A DNA stretch of 64,000 nucleotides from Candidatus Anderseniibacteriota bacterium (GTDB lineage Bacteria; Patescibacteriota; Andersenbacteria; UBA10190). The notes beneath the pieces are model-generated. The model saw nothing but the letters and a program-made list of their open reading frames with translations, had not been told where the DNA came from and did no database searches. The stretch spans positions 8,483 to 72,482 of the forward strand of contig JACPWO010000002.1 of NCBI GenBank assembly GCA_016197005.1, written 5' to 3'. Made by a program: the position numbers and the translations under genes. This document shows, one piece after another, positions 48,233-57,906 of the stretch; the stretch's first letter is position 1, and every line of letters begins with the position of its first letter.

Positions 48233-49705
48233 ATGGCTACGGATACCGTCATTTTAAGATTTTCCGATGTCAGCTTCGAATACGACCATCTTCGAGTACT
48301 GCTCGATGGTGTCAGTTTTTCTGTGCGCACCGGCAGCCGAATTACGCTCATGGGACAAAATGGCGCTGGCAAAAGCTCTCTCTTTAAACTCATTACGGGC
48401 GAACTTTCTCCCACCGAAGGCCGAATTTCTCGTACGCCCCCCGATGCTACTATCGCCATCTCTCGGCAAGTAATGCCGCAAGAAATGCTTGATGTATCAC
48501 TGCGCGAATACTTTGCCACAGCCTTTCCTGAAAAAGTATATGCCCTCGATAAGCTCATAGCTGAAGTACTTGATATTGTGCATCTCGATGTACCGCTAGA
48601 TAGAAAGATCAAAGAGTGTTCTGGTGGCCAGCAAGCTCGACTGCTGCTCGCGTATGCCCTCATTCAAAAGCCTGACATTTTATTACTGGATGAGCCGACA
48701 AATAACCTGGATCAATATGGGATTGATCACCTCACCACGTTTCTCATGATGTATGAGAAAACGTGTTTAGTTATTTCTCACGACGCGGATTTCTTGAACG
48801 CTTTCTCTGATGGAGTGTTGTATTTGGATGCAGCCACTCAGAAGATAGAGCAATATACGGGCAACTACGATGTTGTCGTTGAAGAAATTAAGAAACGACG
48901 AGAACGTGAAAACTATTTAAACGCTCGTATGCAGACACAGATTAAAGAAAAGCGTGCGCAGGCCGAAGTATTTGCCCACAAAGGTGGCAAGATGCGAGGC
49001 GTTGCCAAGCGGATGCGAGAGGCAGCCGAGGCGGCGGAAGAAAGTATTGTCAACGTGCGAACAGAGGATAAAACAATCCGTCCTTTCACGCTGCCAGCTC
49101 AAGAGTTTGAGGCCGCATTTCCTGGTGCTGTTGTTCGATTTACGAAAATATCTGCTTTGCAGAACAATGAAGTTGTCGAACGACCGTTTGATCTCACATT
49201 ACGGAAAAGCACCCATGCGTTAATCGCTGGACCCAACGGAATCGGTAAAAGTACTCTTTTGGAAAAACTGGCGACAGGATCTTCAGAAGGCGCAGTTATT
49301 CCCTCAGAGGTGGTAGTCGGGTATTACAAGCAAGATTTTAGTAATCTCAATCTCGACCGCACCGCCTTTGATACCTTGCTGGAAGTTATGAAAGTTAAGG
49401 AGGAGCATGCGTTGCGGTCGACTGCTGCAGGATTTCTTTTTGATGGTAAATTGTTGGCCAGTCCTATTCGGGCGCTTTCAGAGGGACAGAAGGGACTACT
49501 GTCTTTTTGCCGACTAGTCCTTCTAAAACCCGGTTTACTTCTATTAGATGAGCCAACTAATCATATCAACTTCAGACACTTACCGATTATTGCTAGGGCA
49601 TTAGATGAGTACCCCGGTGCAATGATTATGGTCTCTCATATTCCTTCCTTTGTGGAACAGATTCGAATTGATGAAGTTATTGATCTGGAGAAAATTAGGA
49701 AGTAA
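48233..49705 (+). CDS. ABC-F family ATPase with two tandem ABC domains and no TM domain.
   Basis: NBD1 GQNGAGKSS / SGGQQARLLLA / LLLDEPTNNLD. NBD2 GPNGIGKST / LSEGQKGLL / LLLDEPTNHI. Confidence 0.85.
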   Translation: MATDTVILRFSDVSFEYDHLRVLLDGVSFSVRTGSRITLMGQNGAGKSSLFKLITGELSPTEGRISRTPPDATIAISRQVMPQEMLDVSLREYFATAFPEKVYALDKLIAEVLDIVHLDVPLDRKIKECSGGQQARLLLAYALIQKPDILLLDEPTNNLDQYGIDHLTTFLMMYEKTCLVISHDADFLNAFSDGVLYLDAATQKIEQYTGNYDVVVEEIKKRRERENYLNARMQTQIKEKRAQAEVFAHKGGKMRGVAKRMREAAEAAEESIVNVRTEDKTIRPFTLPAQEFEAAFPGAVVRFTKISALQNNEVVERPFDLTLRKSTHALIAGPNGIGKSTLLEKLATGSSEGAVIPSEVVVGYYKQDFSNLNLDRTAFDTLLEVMKVKEEHALRSTAAGFLFDGKLLASPIRALSEGQKGLLSFCRLVLLKPGLLLLDEPTNHINFRHLPIIARALDEYPGAMIMVSHIPSFVEQIRIDEVIDLEKIRK

Positions 49706-49821
49706 CTTCGCAGAAGAACTGTTTTTATTTAAAAGACGTGAGTGTGTAAAAACAGTAGCGAAAGCCAGGGTTGTTTGTTACCCTTTTTAGTAGATAATCT
49801 ACTCTGAATTAGCACATACTT

Positions 49822-50307
49822 ATGCAAAAAATAACCCCACATTTGTGGTTCGATAACCAAGCGGAAGAGGCAGCGACTTTTTACACTTCTATCTTCAAGA
49901 ACTCCAAAATTGGTGAGACTTCTCGCTATGGAGAAGAAGGTAAAGAAGTTCATGGGCAGAAGCCTGGAACGGTCATGACCATTTCATTTGAAATTGAAGG
50001 ACAAAAATTTCTTGCTCTAAACGGTGGCCCTGTATTCAAGTTTACCGAGGCCATTTCATTTATGGTGAGCTGTGATACTCAAGAGGAAATTGATTATTAC
50101 TGGGGAAAGCTCTCAGCTGTCCCAGAGTCGGAACAATGTGGCTGGCTTAAAGACAAGTTTGGTCTTTCTTGGCAAATTACTCCTAAGGTTTTGGGCGACC
50201 TATTGAGTGATAAAGATAAAGCAAAAGCTGGTCGGGTTATGAATGCCATGCTAAAAATGAAAAAGATTGATATTGAAGGTTTAAAAAAAGCGTACGATGG
50301 GAAGTGA
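49822..50307 (+). CDS. VOC-family PhnB-like protein.
   Basis: ITPHLWFDNQAEEAATFYTSIF...GQKFLALNGGP. Confidence 0.65.
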   Translation: MQKITPHLWFDNQAEEAATFYTSIFKNSKIGETSRYGEEGKEVHGQKPGTVMTISFEIEGQKFLALNGGPVFKFTEAISFMVSCDTQEEIDYYWGKLSAVPESEQCGWLKDKFGLSWQITPKVLGDLLSDKDKAKAGRVMNAMLKMKKIDIEGLKKAYDGK

Positions 50308-50421
50308 ATAGCATCGGAAGGTAAAAGAGAAGACAAAACTTGACAAAATGACATTTAGTGTCTATAGCTAAATTTAGGCTTTTAATCTGTTCATTCCATA
50401 ACTCTCTAAGGAGCATTCCCA

Positions 50422-50850
50422 ATGACCCAAGTGGATTGGATCCTGAGTCTGGGGGTGGTGGGCGTGGTTGTAGGTTTTATGGTACTTTGGTCGAAGCGGT
50501 CTAAAAACCTCAAGTGTGATTGCTACGGAAGATCGTACAAGGATCGTGGAGATCGTATTACTCACCCCCGCTACAAAGCACCACTACTTCAAGGCAACCT
50601 GGAGTATCGGCAGGTGGATATTGTATTCTCCTGTGGCGCTGACGTGATCAGTGCGCGTCGCCTTTTACTTAGTCGCGATGCAAATGATGAGCGGTGGTTG
50701 TTAGAACCACGATATATGCAGTTTCCAGTGCAGTTGGAGTTGGAGATGGATCCTAATCAGGAAGCATCTGCAATTATCGCTTCTCGCTTGGCCGATGGCT
50801 GGGAAAAAGTAAGCGAGGTACGGGACATCGTAAGTTCCGGAATCGCTTGA
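50422..50850 (+). CDS. Hypothetical protein.
   Basis: 142-aa ORF followed by an intrinsic terminator. Confidence 0.4.
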   Translation: MTQVDWILSLGVVGVVVGFMVLWSKRSKNLKCDCYGRSYKDRGDRITHPRYKAPLLQGNLEYRQVDIVFSCGADVISARRLLLSRDANDERWLLEPRYMQFPVQLELEMDPNQEASAIIASRLADGWEKVSEVRDIVSSGIA

Positions 50851-50875
50851 GCTCGAAACATTCGAGCTTTTTTTG
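50850..50875 (+). terminator. Rho-independent terminator.
   Basis: AGCTCGAA-aca-TTCGAGCT followed by T7. Confidence 0.6.
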
Positions 50876-50925
50876 TTGCATAGTATTACTTGTGCCGAAG
50901 TCGAGAAATAATCAATACTACCTAT

Positions 50926-51528
50926 ATGAAACAACAAGTTTTCGTAATCCACGGCGGAACCTCATTTGATACACATGAAGACTACATATCGTTCCTCAAA
51001 ACACGTGAGCTTACGTTGGAAAGATTGACGCAGGGCGAAGATTGGAAAGCTTCACTCTCTGATGAACTTGGCGAGAGTTTCGAAGTATTAGTACCGAAGA
51101 TGCCAAATGGGACAAACGTACGGTATCTGGAGTGGCAGATCTGGTTTGAGCGATGTATCCCTTTTATCCAGGATAACGCTATTTTAATCGGACAGTCACT
51201 AGGTGGAATTTTTCTGGCCAAGTATTTATCGGAGAACTCGTTTCCAAAGAGCATTCGAGCAACTCTTCTGGTTGGAGCACCCTTTGATGACACCTCTACG
51301 GTCGAATCATTGACTGATTTTGTTCTCCCCTCATCTTTAGAAAAGTTTGCAACCCAAAGTGAGGCGATCTATTTAATTCACAGTAAAGACGATCCAGTTG
51401 TTCCTGTTGAGCAAACAGAAAAGTACATGCAGGCGCTCCCGAAGGCACAGAAAGTGATATTTGATGATAGGGGGCATTTTAATCAGAAAAAATTTCCCGA
51501 AGTAGTCTCGCTAATTCAATCCCTCTAA
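50926..51528 (+). CDS. Alpha/beta serine hydrolase of the RBBP9/YdeN family.
   Basis: VFVIHGG. Nucleophile elbow GQSLGG. Length about 200 aa. Confidence 0.65.
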   Translation: MKQQVFVIHGGTSFDTHEDYISFLKTRELTLERLTQGEDWKASLSDELGESFEVLVPKMPNGTNVRYLEWQIWFERCIPFIQDNAILIGQSLGGIFLAKYLSENSFPKSIRATLLVGAPFDDTSTVESLTDFVLPSSLEKFATQSEAIYLIHSKDDPVVPVEQTEKYMQALPKAQKVIFDDRGHFNQKKFPEVVSLIQSL

Positions 51529-51555
51529 ATTTTCAGGAAAACTCTCGTAGGTAAC

Positions 51556-51587
51556 AAAAAAGCGACCCAATAGCAGGGTCGCTTTTT
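51556..51587. terminator. Bidirectional rho-independent terminator.
   Basis: AAAAAGCGACCC-aatagca-GGGTCGCTTTTT. Confidence 0.6.
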
Positions 51588-51602
51588 CTAAGTCAGTTCT
51601 CC

Positions 51603-51851
51603 TTACGAAAGATGTTTAGAGACGAGTTTCGTCATTTCAAACATGTTCACGACTGCTTTGCCGCCAAATACCTTCTTGAGGTTTTCATCAGCATTGATAT
51701 TTCGCTTGTTAGCTGGATCCTGAAGATTATTCTTCTTGATGTACTCCCAAAGCTTCTTAACGACTTCTGACCGAGGCATTGGCCCCGCTCCTACTACTAC
51801 TGCCAAGTCTGGACTCACCGTCATTGGCTTCATAAACGCTGCATTTGCCAT
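51603..51851 (-). CDS. SWIB/MDM2-domain protein.
   Basis: PDLAVVVGAGPMPRSEVVKKLWEYIKKNNLQDPANKRNINADENLKKVFG matches the SWIB consensus. Confidence 0.65.
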   Translation of the reverse strand: MANAAFMKPMTVSPDLAVVVGAGPMPRSEVVKKLWEYIKKNNLQDPANKRNINADENLKKVFGGKAVVNMFEMTKLVSKHLS

Positions 51852-52133
51852 ATTATGTGTTTCATTATAAATAAAGTCCCTCTGCACGTATTCTAACACT
51901 TCCTAGGCAGAAATATGCAAATAACTAGCTTCTGTGAAAAGCGTACGGAAACAGGACAATCACTATCTCTTCTTATTCACGAGTGCATACTGGTCTTTTT
52001 GCTGTTATTCACCAGAATTACGAATTCTTGACGCGACAGGATACTTAGGTTATAAACATCTTCTCTAAGAAAGAGCGTGTAAACACGGGGTGTTTACACG
52101 AACATCGTGTTCTTTTGCTTTGGAGATGAGCAC

Positions 52134-52694
52134 ATGAGGAAGACATGGGTCGCGGTAATGATGTTGACTGTTTCGGTTCTGGTGCATGGGGAAGACCCGA
52201 GCAACCAGTCTCCGCTTAATTTCTCCTCAGATCTTGAAATGCTCCGGGAAGAGCTGGCGTTGATTCGCAAAGTCAACGCAAAAGTTCAGGGTGCAGAGAG
52301 GAATGTTTGCGTAAATCGTCCTTGCCATCTTGCGGAGTGGAGTCGAGCAAGAAGACTTCTGCTGCAAGCGGCGACGCTACCTCAACCTCTCCAGGTTGAT
52401 TGCAGAGTGGTCGCAATGCAGGTGAGTGCGCAGAAGGTGTCTGATCAGACGAGGAGTCAGAAGACTAATGCGACCGAGGAATACAGGCGTACGCTCCTGT
52501 GGACTATCGTGGACACCGATGGCAAGTCGGAAAGCAAAGGGCTGGAAGACTTGTTTCAAATGACGGAAGCAGATCAGCTTACCTATATGGAAGGGGTATA
52601 CGGCCTGACGCCAAGTGGCACTGACAGTGAGCGTCTGGCGCGCATCGCCTGGAAGCAGATTGAAGGGTTGGGCGTCCGGGTCGATTATGAATGA
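52134..52694 (+). CDS. Secreted hypothetical protein.
   Basis: Signal peptide MRKTWVAVMMLTVSVLVHG. Confidence 0.4.
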   Translation: MRKTWVAVMMLTVSVLVHGEDPSNQSPLNFSSDLEMLREELALIRKVNAKVQGAERNVCVNRPCHLAEWSRARRLLLQAATLPQPLQVDCRVVAMQVSAQKVSDQTRSQKTNATEEYRRTLLWTIVDTDGKSESKGLEDLFQMTEADQLTYMEGVYGLTPSGTDSERLARIAWKQIEGLGVRVDYE

Positions 52695-52786
52695 AGACGT
52701 TTTTATAGGGAGTGGTGGCCACTGGAATTTCCGGTGGCCTTTTTCTTTACTTGCAAATTGGACAGAAAAACGGTGTACTAGCCCGT

Positions 52787-53668
52787 ATGGAATACGCTGT
52801 TACTACGTTTTATAAATTCACTCAACTGCCTAAGCAGGAGCTTCTCAGTGTTAAAGAAAAATTGGTGAGCAAGGCTCGAGACTTAAGTATTATAGGCCTT
52901 GTGTTAGTAGCAGAAGAAGGTATCAATGCCACTATTGCTGGTAGTCCTGAAAGCATTTCTGTATACAAAGTATTTCTTGAAAGTCACTTCGGAGAACTGA
53001 AATACAAAAATAGCGTTAGTCACATTAAGCCTTTTAAACGCTTTAAGGTAAAAATTAAGCCGGAGATCGTACAGCTAAAACGAACGGATATTCGCCCACG
53101 TGGGAGCGAAGTTCATGTACCCCCAGAAGAATGGGATGCATTGATGGCACAGGAAGATGTACTTCTTATCGATGTACGCAATCAGTACGAAACGAAGCTT
53201 GGTACGTTCAAAGGTGCGATTGATCCAAAGACGAAACATTTTAGTCAGTTTCCGGAATGGCTAGAAAAATCTGGCATCGCGAAAGAAAAGAAAATTGGTA
53301 TTTATTGTACGGGGGAAATCCGCTGCGAAAAGGCAGCAGTCGCGATGAAAGAGCAAGGGTATGAAAATGTGTATTCTCTTGAGGGGGGTATTTTGAATTA
53401 CTTAGAGAAGCGACCGCATAAGAACTTTGAAGGTGAGTGTTTTGTGTTTGATCACCGAACGGCAGTGGGGCAAGATTTACGTCCCTCTACTCGGTATACG
53501 TTTTGCGTCAGTTGTGGGAATGGTGGGGATATTGAAAAGAACTGCATTCAATGTGGTGCGAGCTATCACACTTGTGACGAATGTGGAGGAACATCTCCAA
53601 TTTCTGTTTGCTCAAAAAATTGTCGGTACCAATATAACTACACCAAGAAACAGCAAGAAAACGTTTAG
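52787..53668 (+). CDS. trhO: Rhodanese-domain tRNA uridine(34) hydroxylase TrhO (YceA/UPF0176).
   Basis: Rhodanese active-site loop YCTGEIRCEK. C-terminal Cys cluster CVSCG...CIQCG...CDECG. Confidence 0.75.
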   Translation: MEYAVTTFYKFTQLPKQELLSVKEKLVSKARDLSIIGLVLVAEEGINATIAGSPESISVYKVFLESHFGELKYKNSVSHIKPFKRFKVKIKPEIVQLKRTDIRPRGSEVHVPPEEWDALMAQEDVLLIDVRNQYETKLGTFKGAIDPKTKHFSQFPEWLEKSGIAKEKKIGIYCTGEIRCEKAAVAMKEQGYENVYSLEGGILNYLEKRPHKNFEGECFVFDHRTAVGQDLRPSTRYTFCVSCGNGGDIEKNCIQCGASYHTCDECGGTSPISVCSKNCRYQYNYTKKQQENV

Positions 53669-53731
53669 GAGCCTGTTGAGGAAAGACCTTTCGTTCGTTA
53701 TCTTATTTAGTAATTAACACTAATATTCTTT

Positions 53732-54212
53732 ATGACTAAAACTCTTGTAGTTGGTGTCGCGGTAGCAGTTGTAGCGGCAGCTGGTGGGTATTATGTTGGG
53801 GTATGATCAAGGGTCGGAAAGAGCAGTTATGTTAGACGGAAAAAATGCGTCTGAAGGGGCTCGAGATAATGTAGCAACCAATCCAAAATTAGATGCAACT
53901 GAGCAAATGCTCGTTGGGGTGTGGGGTAACGATGATGACATTAATTTCTCACGAGAGTTTAAGGCTGATGGCACTGTCGTAGATTCATATATTGGAGATA
54001 ATGGCCCGACTTCTACCACTGGTACCTGGACTGTATTTGATGCCACTAGCACTGAGCCCGTTACGTTTCAACTTAATAACTTTGATAGCTACGTTAAAAT
54101 GATGATGGATGGTGACGCACTGTATTTTCGAGTTTCTAAGATTTCTACCGACCAACTCGAGCTCATTTACATGGAGCGAGGCGGAGCATTGCGATTCTCA
54201 AAAGTTCAGTAA
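53732..54212 (+). pseudogene. Signal-anchored protein split by a +1 frame change at a GGGG run. Either a frameshifted gene or a homopolymer sequencing error.
   Basis: ORF A is MTKTLVVGVAVAVVAAAGGYYVGV-stop (53732-53806). ORF B, in the +1 frame from 53784, continues as ...YDQGSERAV... Removing one G at 53797-53800 joins them. Confidence 0.35.
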
Positions 54213-54290
54213 GCAGGCAGAAAATATAGACAACCGCCGTAAACTCGCTATCATAGGCAAGATCTTCAGATAATTTTTGTATTTACATAC

Positions 54291-55262
54291 ATGGACCAGT
54301 CAAATTCAACAATAAAGGTACGAGGACTTACCAAATCTTTTAAGGATTTGAAAGTGCTTACGGGTATTGAGCTTGAAGTAAAGCGAGGAACTGTGCTCGC
54401 GCTGCTTGGACCAAATGGTGCGGGTAAAACTACGACTATTCGCATACTCAGCACGCTGCTTCGCCCTGATGGCGGCGACGCTTTTATTGATGGCCATAGC
54501 GTTGTAAAGGAACCAGATAAGGTGCGCGCCAGTATTGGGCTCACTGGTCAATATGCAGCGGTTGATGAGTATTTAACCGGACGAGAGAATTTGGAGATGA
54601 TGGGCCGGCTGTACCACTTAAGCAGGGCAGATGCGAAAATTCGCGGAGAGGAACTCCTTGAACAGTTCGACCTAGAGAAAGCGGCTACGCGAACGGTAAA
54701 GACCTACTCCGGTGGTATGCGCCGCCGTCTTGATTTAGCTGCTAGTTTAATTGCTACTCCGCCAGTCCTATTCCTTGATGAACCGACAACTGGCCTTGAT
54801 CCGCGAAGTCGTCTGGCAATGTGGGGAATAATTGAACAGTTGGTAGAAGCAGATGTAACAATTTTACTTACTACACAGCAACTTGAAGAAGCTGATATGT
54901 TGGCTGATCGTATTGCCGTACTTGATCATGGTCGAATTATTGTCGAAGGAACGTCGGATGAACTTAAGGCCAAAGTTGGTAAAGAACGTCTGGAGCTCAC
55001 TATTCGAAAAGATAATTATGAAAAAGCAATTCAGCTTTTAGGCGGGGAAGTAGTGCAGAAAGATCCTCAGCGCCACCTCGTAAGTATTGCCACGAGTGGT
55101 ACGGTGCATGAAATAAAACGAGTACTAGAAAAAATGGAAGCAGCTACCATTGAAGTTGAATCAATGTCGGTACATAAACCCACTCTCGATGACGTATTCT
55201 TGCAATTCACTGGTCACGGGGCAGAAGCTAATCAAAATACAGAAGAACTAACAAACGCCTAA
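54291..55262 (+). CDS. ABC transporter ATP-binding protein (DrrA-like).
   Basis: GPNGAGKTT, YSGGMRRRLDLAASL, LFLDEPTTGLD. Confidence 0.85.
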   Translation: MDQSNSTIKVRGLTKSFKDLKVLTGIELEVKRGTVLALLGPNGAGKTTTIRILSTLLRPDGGDAFIDGHSVVKEPDKVRASIGLTGQYAAVDEYLTGRENLEMMGRLYHLSRADAKIRGEELLEQFDLEKAATRTVKTYSGGMRRRLDLAASLIATPPVLFLDEPTTGLDPRSRLAMWGIIEQLVEADVTILLTTQQLEEADMLADRIAVLDHGRIIVEGTSDELKAKVGKERLELTIRKDNYEKAIQLLGGEVVQKDPQRHLVSIATSGTVHEIKRVLEKMEAATIEVESMSVHKPTLDDVFLQFTGHGAEANQNTEELTNA

Positions 55263-56080
55263 TGAAAATTCTTACTTACAAAACGCGGCAAGTGAAAGCA
55301 CAGGAACACTCATCGTTCTACTGGCTAATAAATGATTTGTCGGTATTCATTGAGCGTAGCTTAAAGCATATCTTTAAAAATAAGGATCAGCTCTTAGGAC
55401 TTACTGTTCAGCCAATAATGTTTATGATGTTGTTCCGCTATGTATTTGGCGGGGCTATTAATACTGGAGGAACGACTTATGTGAACTTCCTTGTCGCTGG
55501 TATCTTAATTCAGAGTGTTGCTTTTGGTGCTCTTACAACTTCTTTAAGCGTTGCTACTGATTTACAACGTGGAATTATTGAACGTTTTAAGTCACTGCCA
55601 ACGGTAAGTTGGGGAGTGCTTATGGGGCACGTAAGTGCTGACTTGGTCCGAAATATTTTGCAGTCAGTCATTATGATTGGTGTGGGAATGCTAGTTGGTT
55701 TTCGTCCGACTGCTTCGGTTACTGACTGGTTTGCTATTGCTGGGCTTATTCTTTTGTTCACATTTGCTATTTCATGGGTGGCAGCGATTATGGGACTTGT
55801 AGCGAAAACAATTGAAGCAGTGCAGTGGCTTGGTTTTTTTATTATTTTTCCATTTACGTTTGCGAGTGCCGCTTTTGCACCAACAGATAGTATGCCTTAT
55901 GCTTTACGGCTTTTTGCTGAGAATCAGCCAGTAACGCACATTATTGAAGCGGTGCGAGCTCTTATGATTGGCACACCTGTGGGTAATCACATTGTTCTGT
56001 CCATTATTTGGTTTACGGGTATTACTATTATTGCCATTCCCATTGCTTCATATTTATTCAGGCAATACAGCGGAAGATAA
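55262..56080 (+). CDS. ABC-2 type transporter permease.
   Basis: Six TM helices. Translationally coupled to the ATPase (TAATG overlap). Confidence 0.7.
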   Translation: MKILTYKTRQVKAQEHSSFYWLINDLSVFIERSLKHIFKNKDQLLGLTVQPIMFMMLFRYVFGGAINTGGTTYVNFLVAGILIQSVAFGALTTSLSVATDLQRGIIERFKSLPTVSWGVLMGHVSADLVRNILQSVIMIGVGMLVGFRPTASVTDWFAIAGLILLFTFAISWVAAIMGLVAKTIEAVQWLGFFIIFPFTFASAAFAPTDSMPYALRLFAENQPVTHIIEAVRALMIGTPVGNHIVLSIIWFTGITIIAIPIASYLFRQYSGR

Positions 56081-56176
56081 GTCATGTGTAGACAAGAATC
56101 GGCGTAGTTTTCTATTGTGGAGAATTGATACTGAAACCGTTGACATTTCCTAGGTGCGAGAGAATATAAAAGCAAG

Positions 56177-56743
56177 ATGAAAAGAAGCAATCCACTGAAG
56201 AAAATTTTGATTGCAGGGTTTATCGTAGTAATAACTTCAGTTCCCCAAATATCCCAAGCACATCGTTCTGGTTGTCATAATTTGCACACCTGTCCTTCGG
56301 ATTCAAATAGCTACGCGTGCGGTGATCTTGGTTACCCCTGTGATGGGTCAACAAGTATTGAGAATATTGCGCTGTCGGCTATTAATGTTCCTCTGCTTGT
56401 AGAAAAAACATTTATGGATATCTTTGGTCGGAAACTGACTGAACCTGAAAGTACGTATTGGAAAAAGAGATTTCGAGCAGATAAAGAAAGCGTTCATCAA
56501 GTACGTCGAGCAATGCTATGGCATAAGGGGAATGGCTCTTTCGGACCGCCAGCCTCTACTTCCAAAAAGAATTCTTTTGGGCAACTAGTAAAAAATATTA
56601 ATGTCATCTTTCGCTCGGTCTACAATCGAGAGCCAACTGTCTCAGAGAATCAGTACTGGATTTCACGAGTTTCAGATAAACCATCTGAGCGAGCTTTAAC
56701 GGATGCTATGGGTTTTCATAAAGCGCGCAGTATTCAGCACTAA
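56177..56743 (+). CDS. Secreted protein with two DUF4214-like repeats.
   Basis: Signal peptide. Cys-rich segment. IFGRKLTEPESTYWKKRFRADK...AMLWHKGNGS and VYNREPTVSENQYWISRVSDKPSERALTDAMGFH modules. Confidence 0.55.
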   Translation: MKRSNPLKKILIAGFIVVITSVPQISQAHRSGCHNLHTCPSDSNSYACGDLGYPCDGSTSIENIALSAINVPLLVEKTFMDIFGRKLTEPESTYWKKRFRADKESVHQVRRAMLWHKGNGSFGPPASTSKKNSFGQLVKNINVIFRSVYNREPTVSENQYWISRVSDKPSERALTDAMGFHKARSIQH

Positions 56744-56817
56744 TTCAATTACCAATGAAAAACACCCCGGAGGGTGTTCGCGTTGAAAAAAGAAGGAACC
56801 TAAAATTGAGTGCAACT

Positions 56818-57057
56818 CTAGGCGTCTTTTGTTTCCTCACGGTTTTCTCGCGCCTGAGCTAGTCGAGAGGGAACAAAAGCAGGAAATGGTTCGAGGTAAC
56901 CCACCTCTTTCATCTGAGCCATTACATCATCATTGCAACCCCAGCAGTAGACACTAAGCTTTCGAGCCGGGTTTTTACATAAGGGGTTCTTACATTTTCT
57001 TTTGGAGTGTCTTGCCGATTTGCGACCGTTCATAGTGCAGGTTCCTTCTGCAGACAA
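56818..57057 (-). CDS. Small basic Cys-rich protein.
   Basis: 79 aa with CKNPLCKNP...CWGC. Confidence 0.3.
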   Translation of the reverse strand: MSAEGTCTMNGRKSARHSKRKCKNPLCKNPARKLSVYCWGCNDDVMAQMKEVGYLEPFPAFVPSRLAQARENREETKDA

Positions 57058-57170
57058 GAAATTGAAAGTGCCAAATCTACAAAATGTATAACCCTGACAA
57101 GCGTGTGCGTCAACTTAAAAACCTCCTTTAGTAAACGTCCTAGCTATATATCTCGTGTCCGTTATGCTTA

Positions 57171-57800
57171 ATGTTTATGCATGTTAATGAAAAATACAGC
57201 CAGCTAGCTAGTGAAGAAGCAATCAGTCAAACAAAAGCTGCTCTGGAGCAGAACGGCATTTCGGTTGTCATAACTGAAAATAAAACCGAGGCGAAGAATA
57301 AAGTTTTTGAACTGATTCCCAAGAAAGCTAGCGTCATGAATATGACCTCTATGACGCTTGAAGAAGCTGGCATCGCTCAGGAAATTTTAGAGTCAGGTCG
57401 CTATGATTCAATACGAAATCGACTTACTACAATGGATAATGTCACTCAAATTCGAGAAAAGCGGCAACTCGGAGCGGCGCCAGACTGGGTCATAGGAAGC
57501 GTGCATGCGGTAACGCAGGATGGAAAAGTGCTTATTGGTTCAAATACAGGTAGCCAGTTACCGGCATATGCCTATGGGGCTCAGCATGTCGTATGGGTAA
57601 TCGGCACGCAGAAAATTGTAAAAGACCTTGATGATGGTATGAAGCGACTCTATGAGTATTCATTGCCACTCGAGCATGAACGATCAAAGAAAGCATATGG
57701 TGGACCAGGCAGTCATCTCAGCAAAATCCTTATTATCAATAAAGAAATACAGGCAGGCAGAATTACGGCCATTTTCGTCAAAGAAAAGCTCGGTTTTTAG
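57171..57800 (+). CDS. LUD-domain (LutC/DUF162-like) protein.
   Basis: ISVVITENKTEAKNKVFELIP...VIGSVHAVTQDGKVLIGSNTGS...VVWVIGTQKIV. Confidence 0.55.
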   Translation: MFMHVNEKYSQLASEEAISQTKAALEQNGISVVITENKTEAKNKVFELIPKKASVMNMTSMTLEEAGIAQEILESGRYDSIRNRLTTMDNVTQIREKRQLGAAPDWVIGSVHAVTQDGKVLIGSNTGSQLPAYAYGAQHVVWVIGTQKIVKDLDDGMKRLYEYSLPLEHERSKKAYGGPGSHLSKILIINKEIQAGRITAIFVKEKLGF

Positions 57801-57906
57801 CATCAGGATGTGGAGAAGGGCAATTGCTCTATACCCGCTTCTTTGGTATGAAGAGAGGTTCGGATTAGAGTGGGTAATCGGAACATTTTTATTCTCTTAG
57901 TTCCAG

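Noticed and set aside
47635-48663. Long 342-aa minus-strand ORF.
   Set aside because: Only the 3' third (47635-48132) has GNAT motifs. The upstream two-thirds is antisense to the well-supported ABC-F gene's start region and is probably a shadow ORF.
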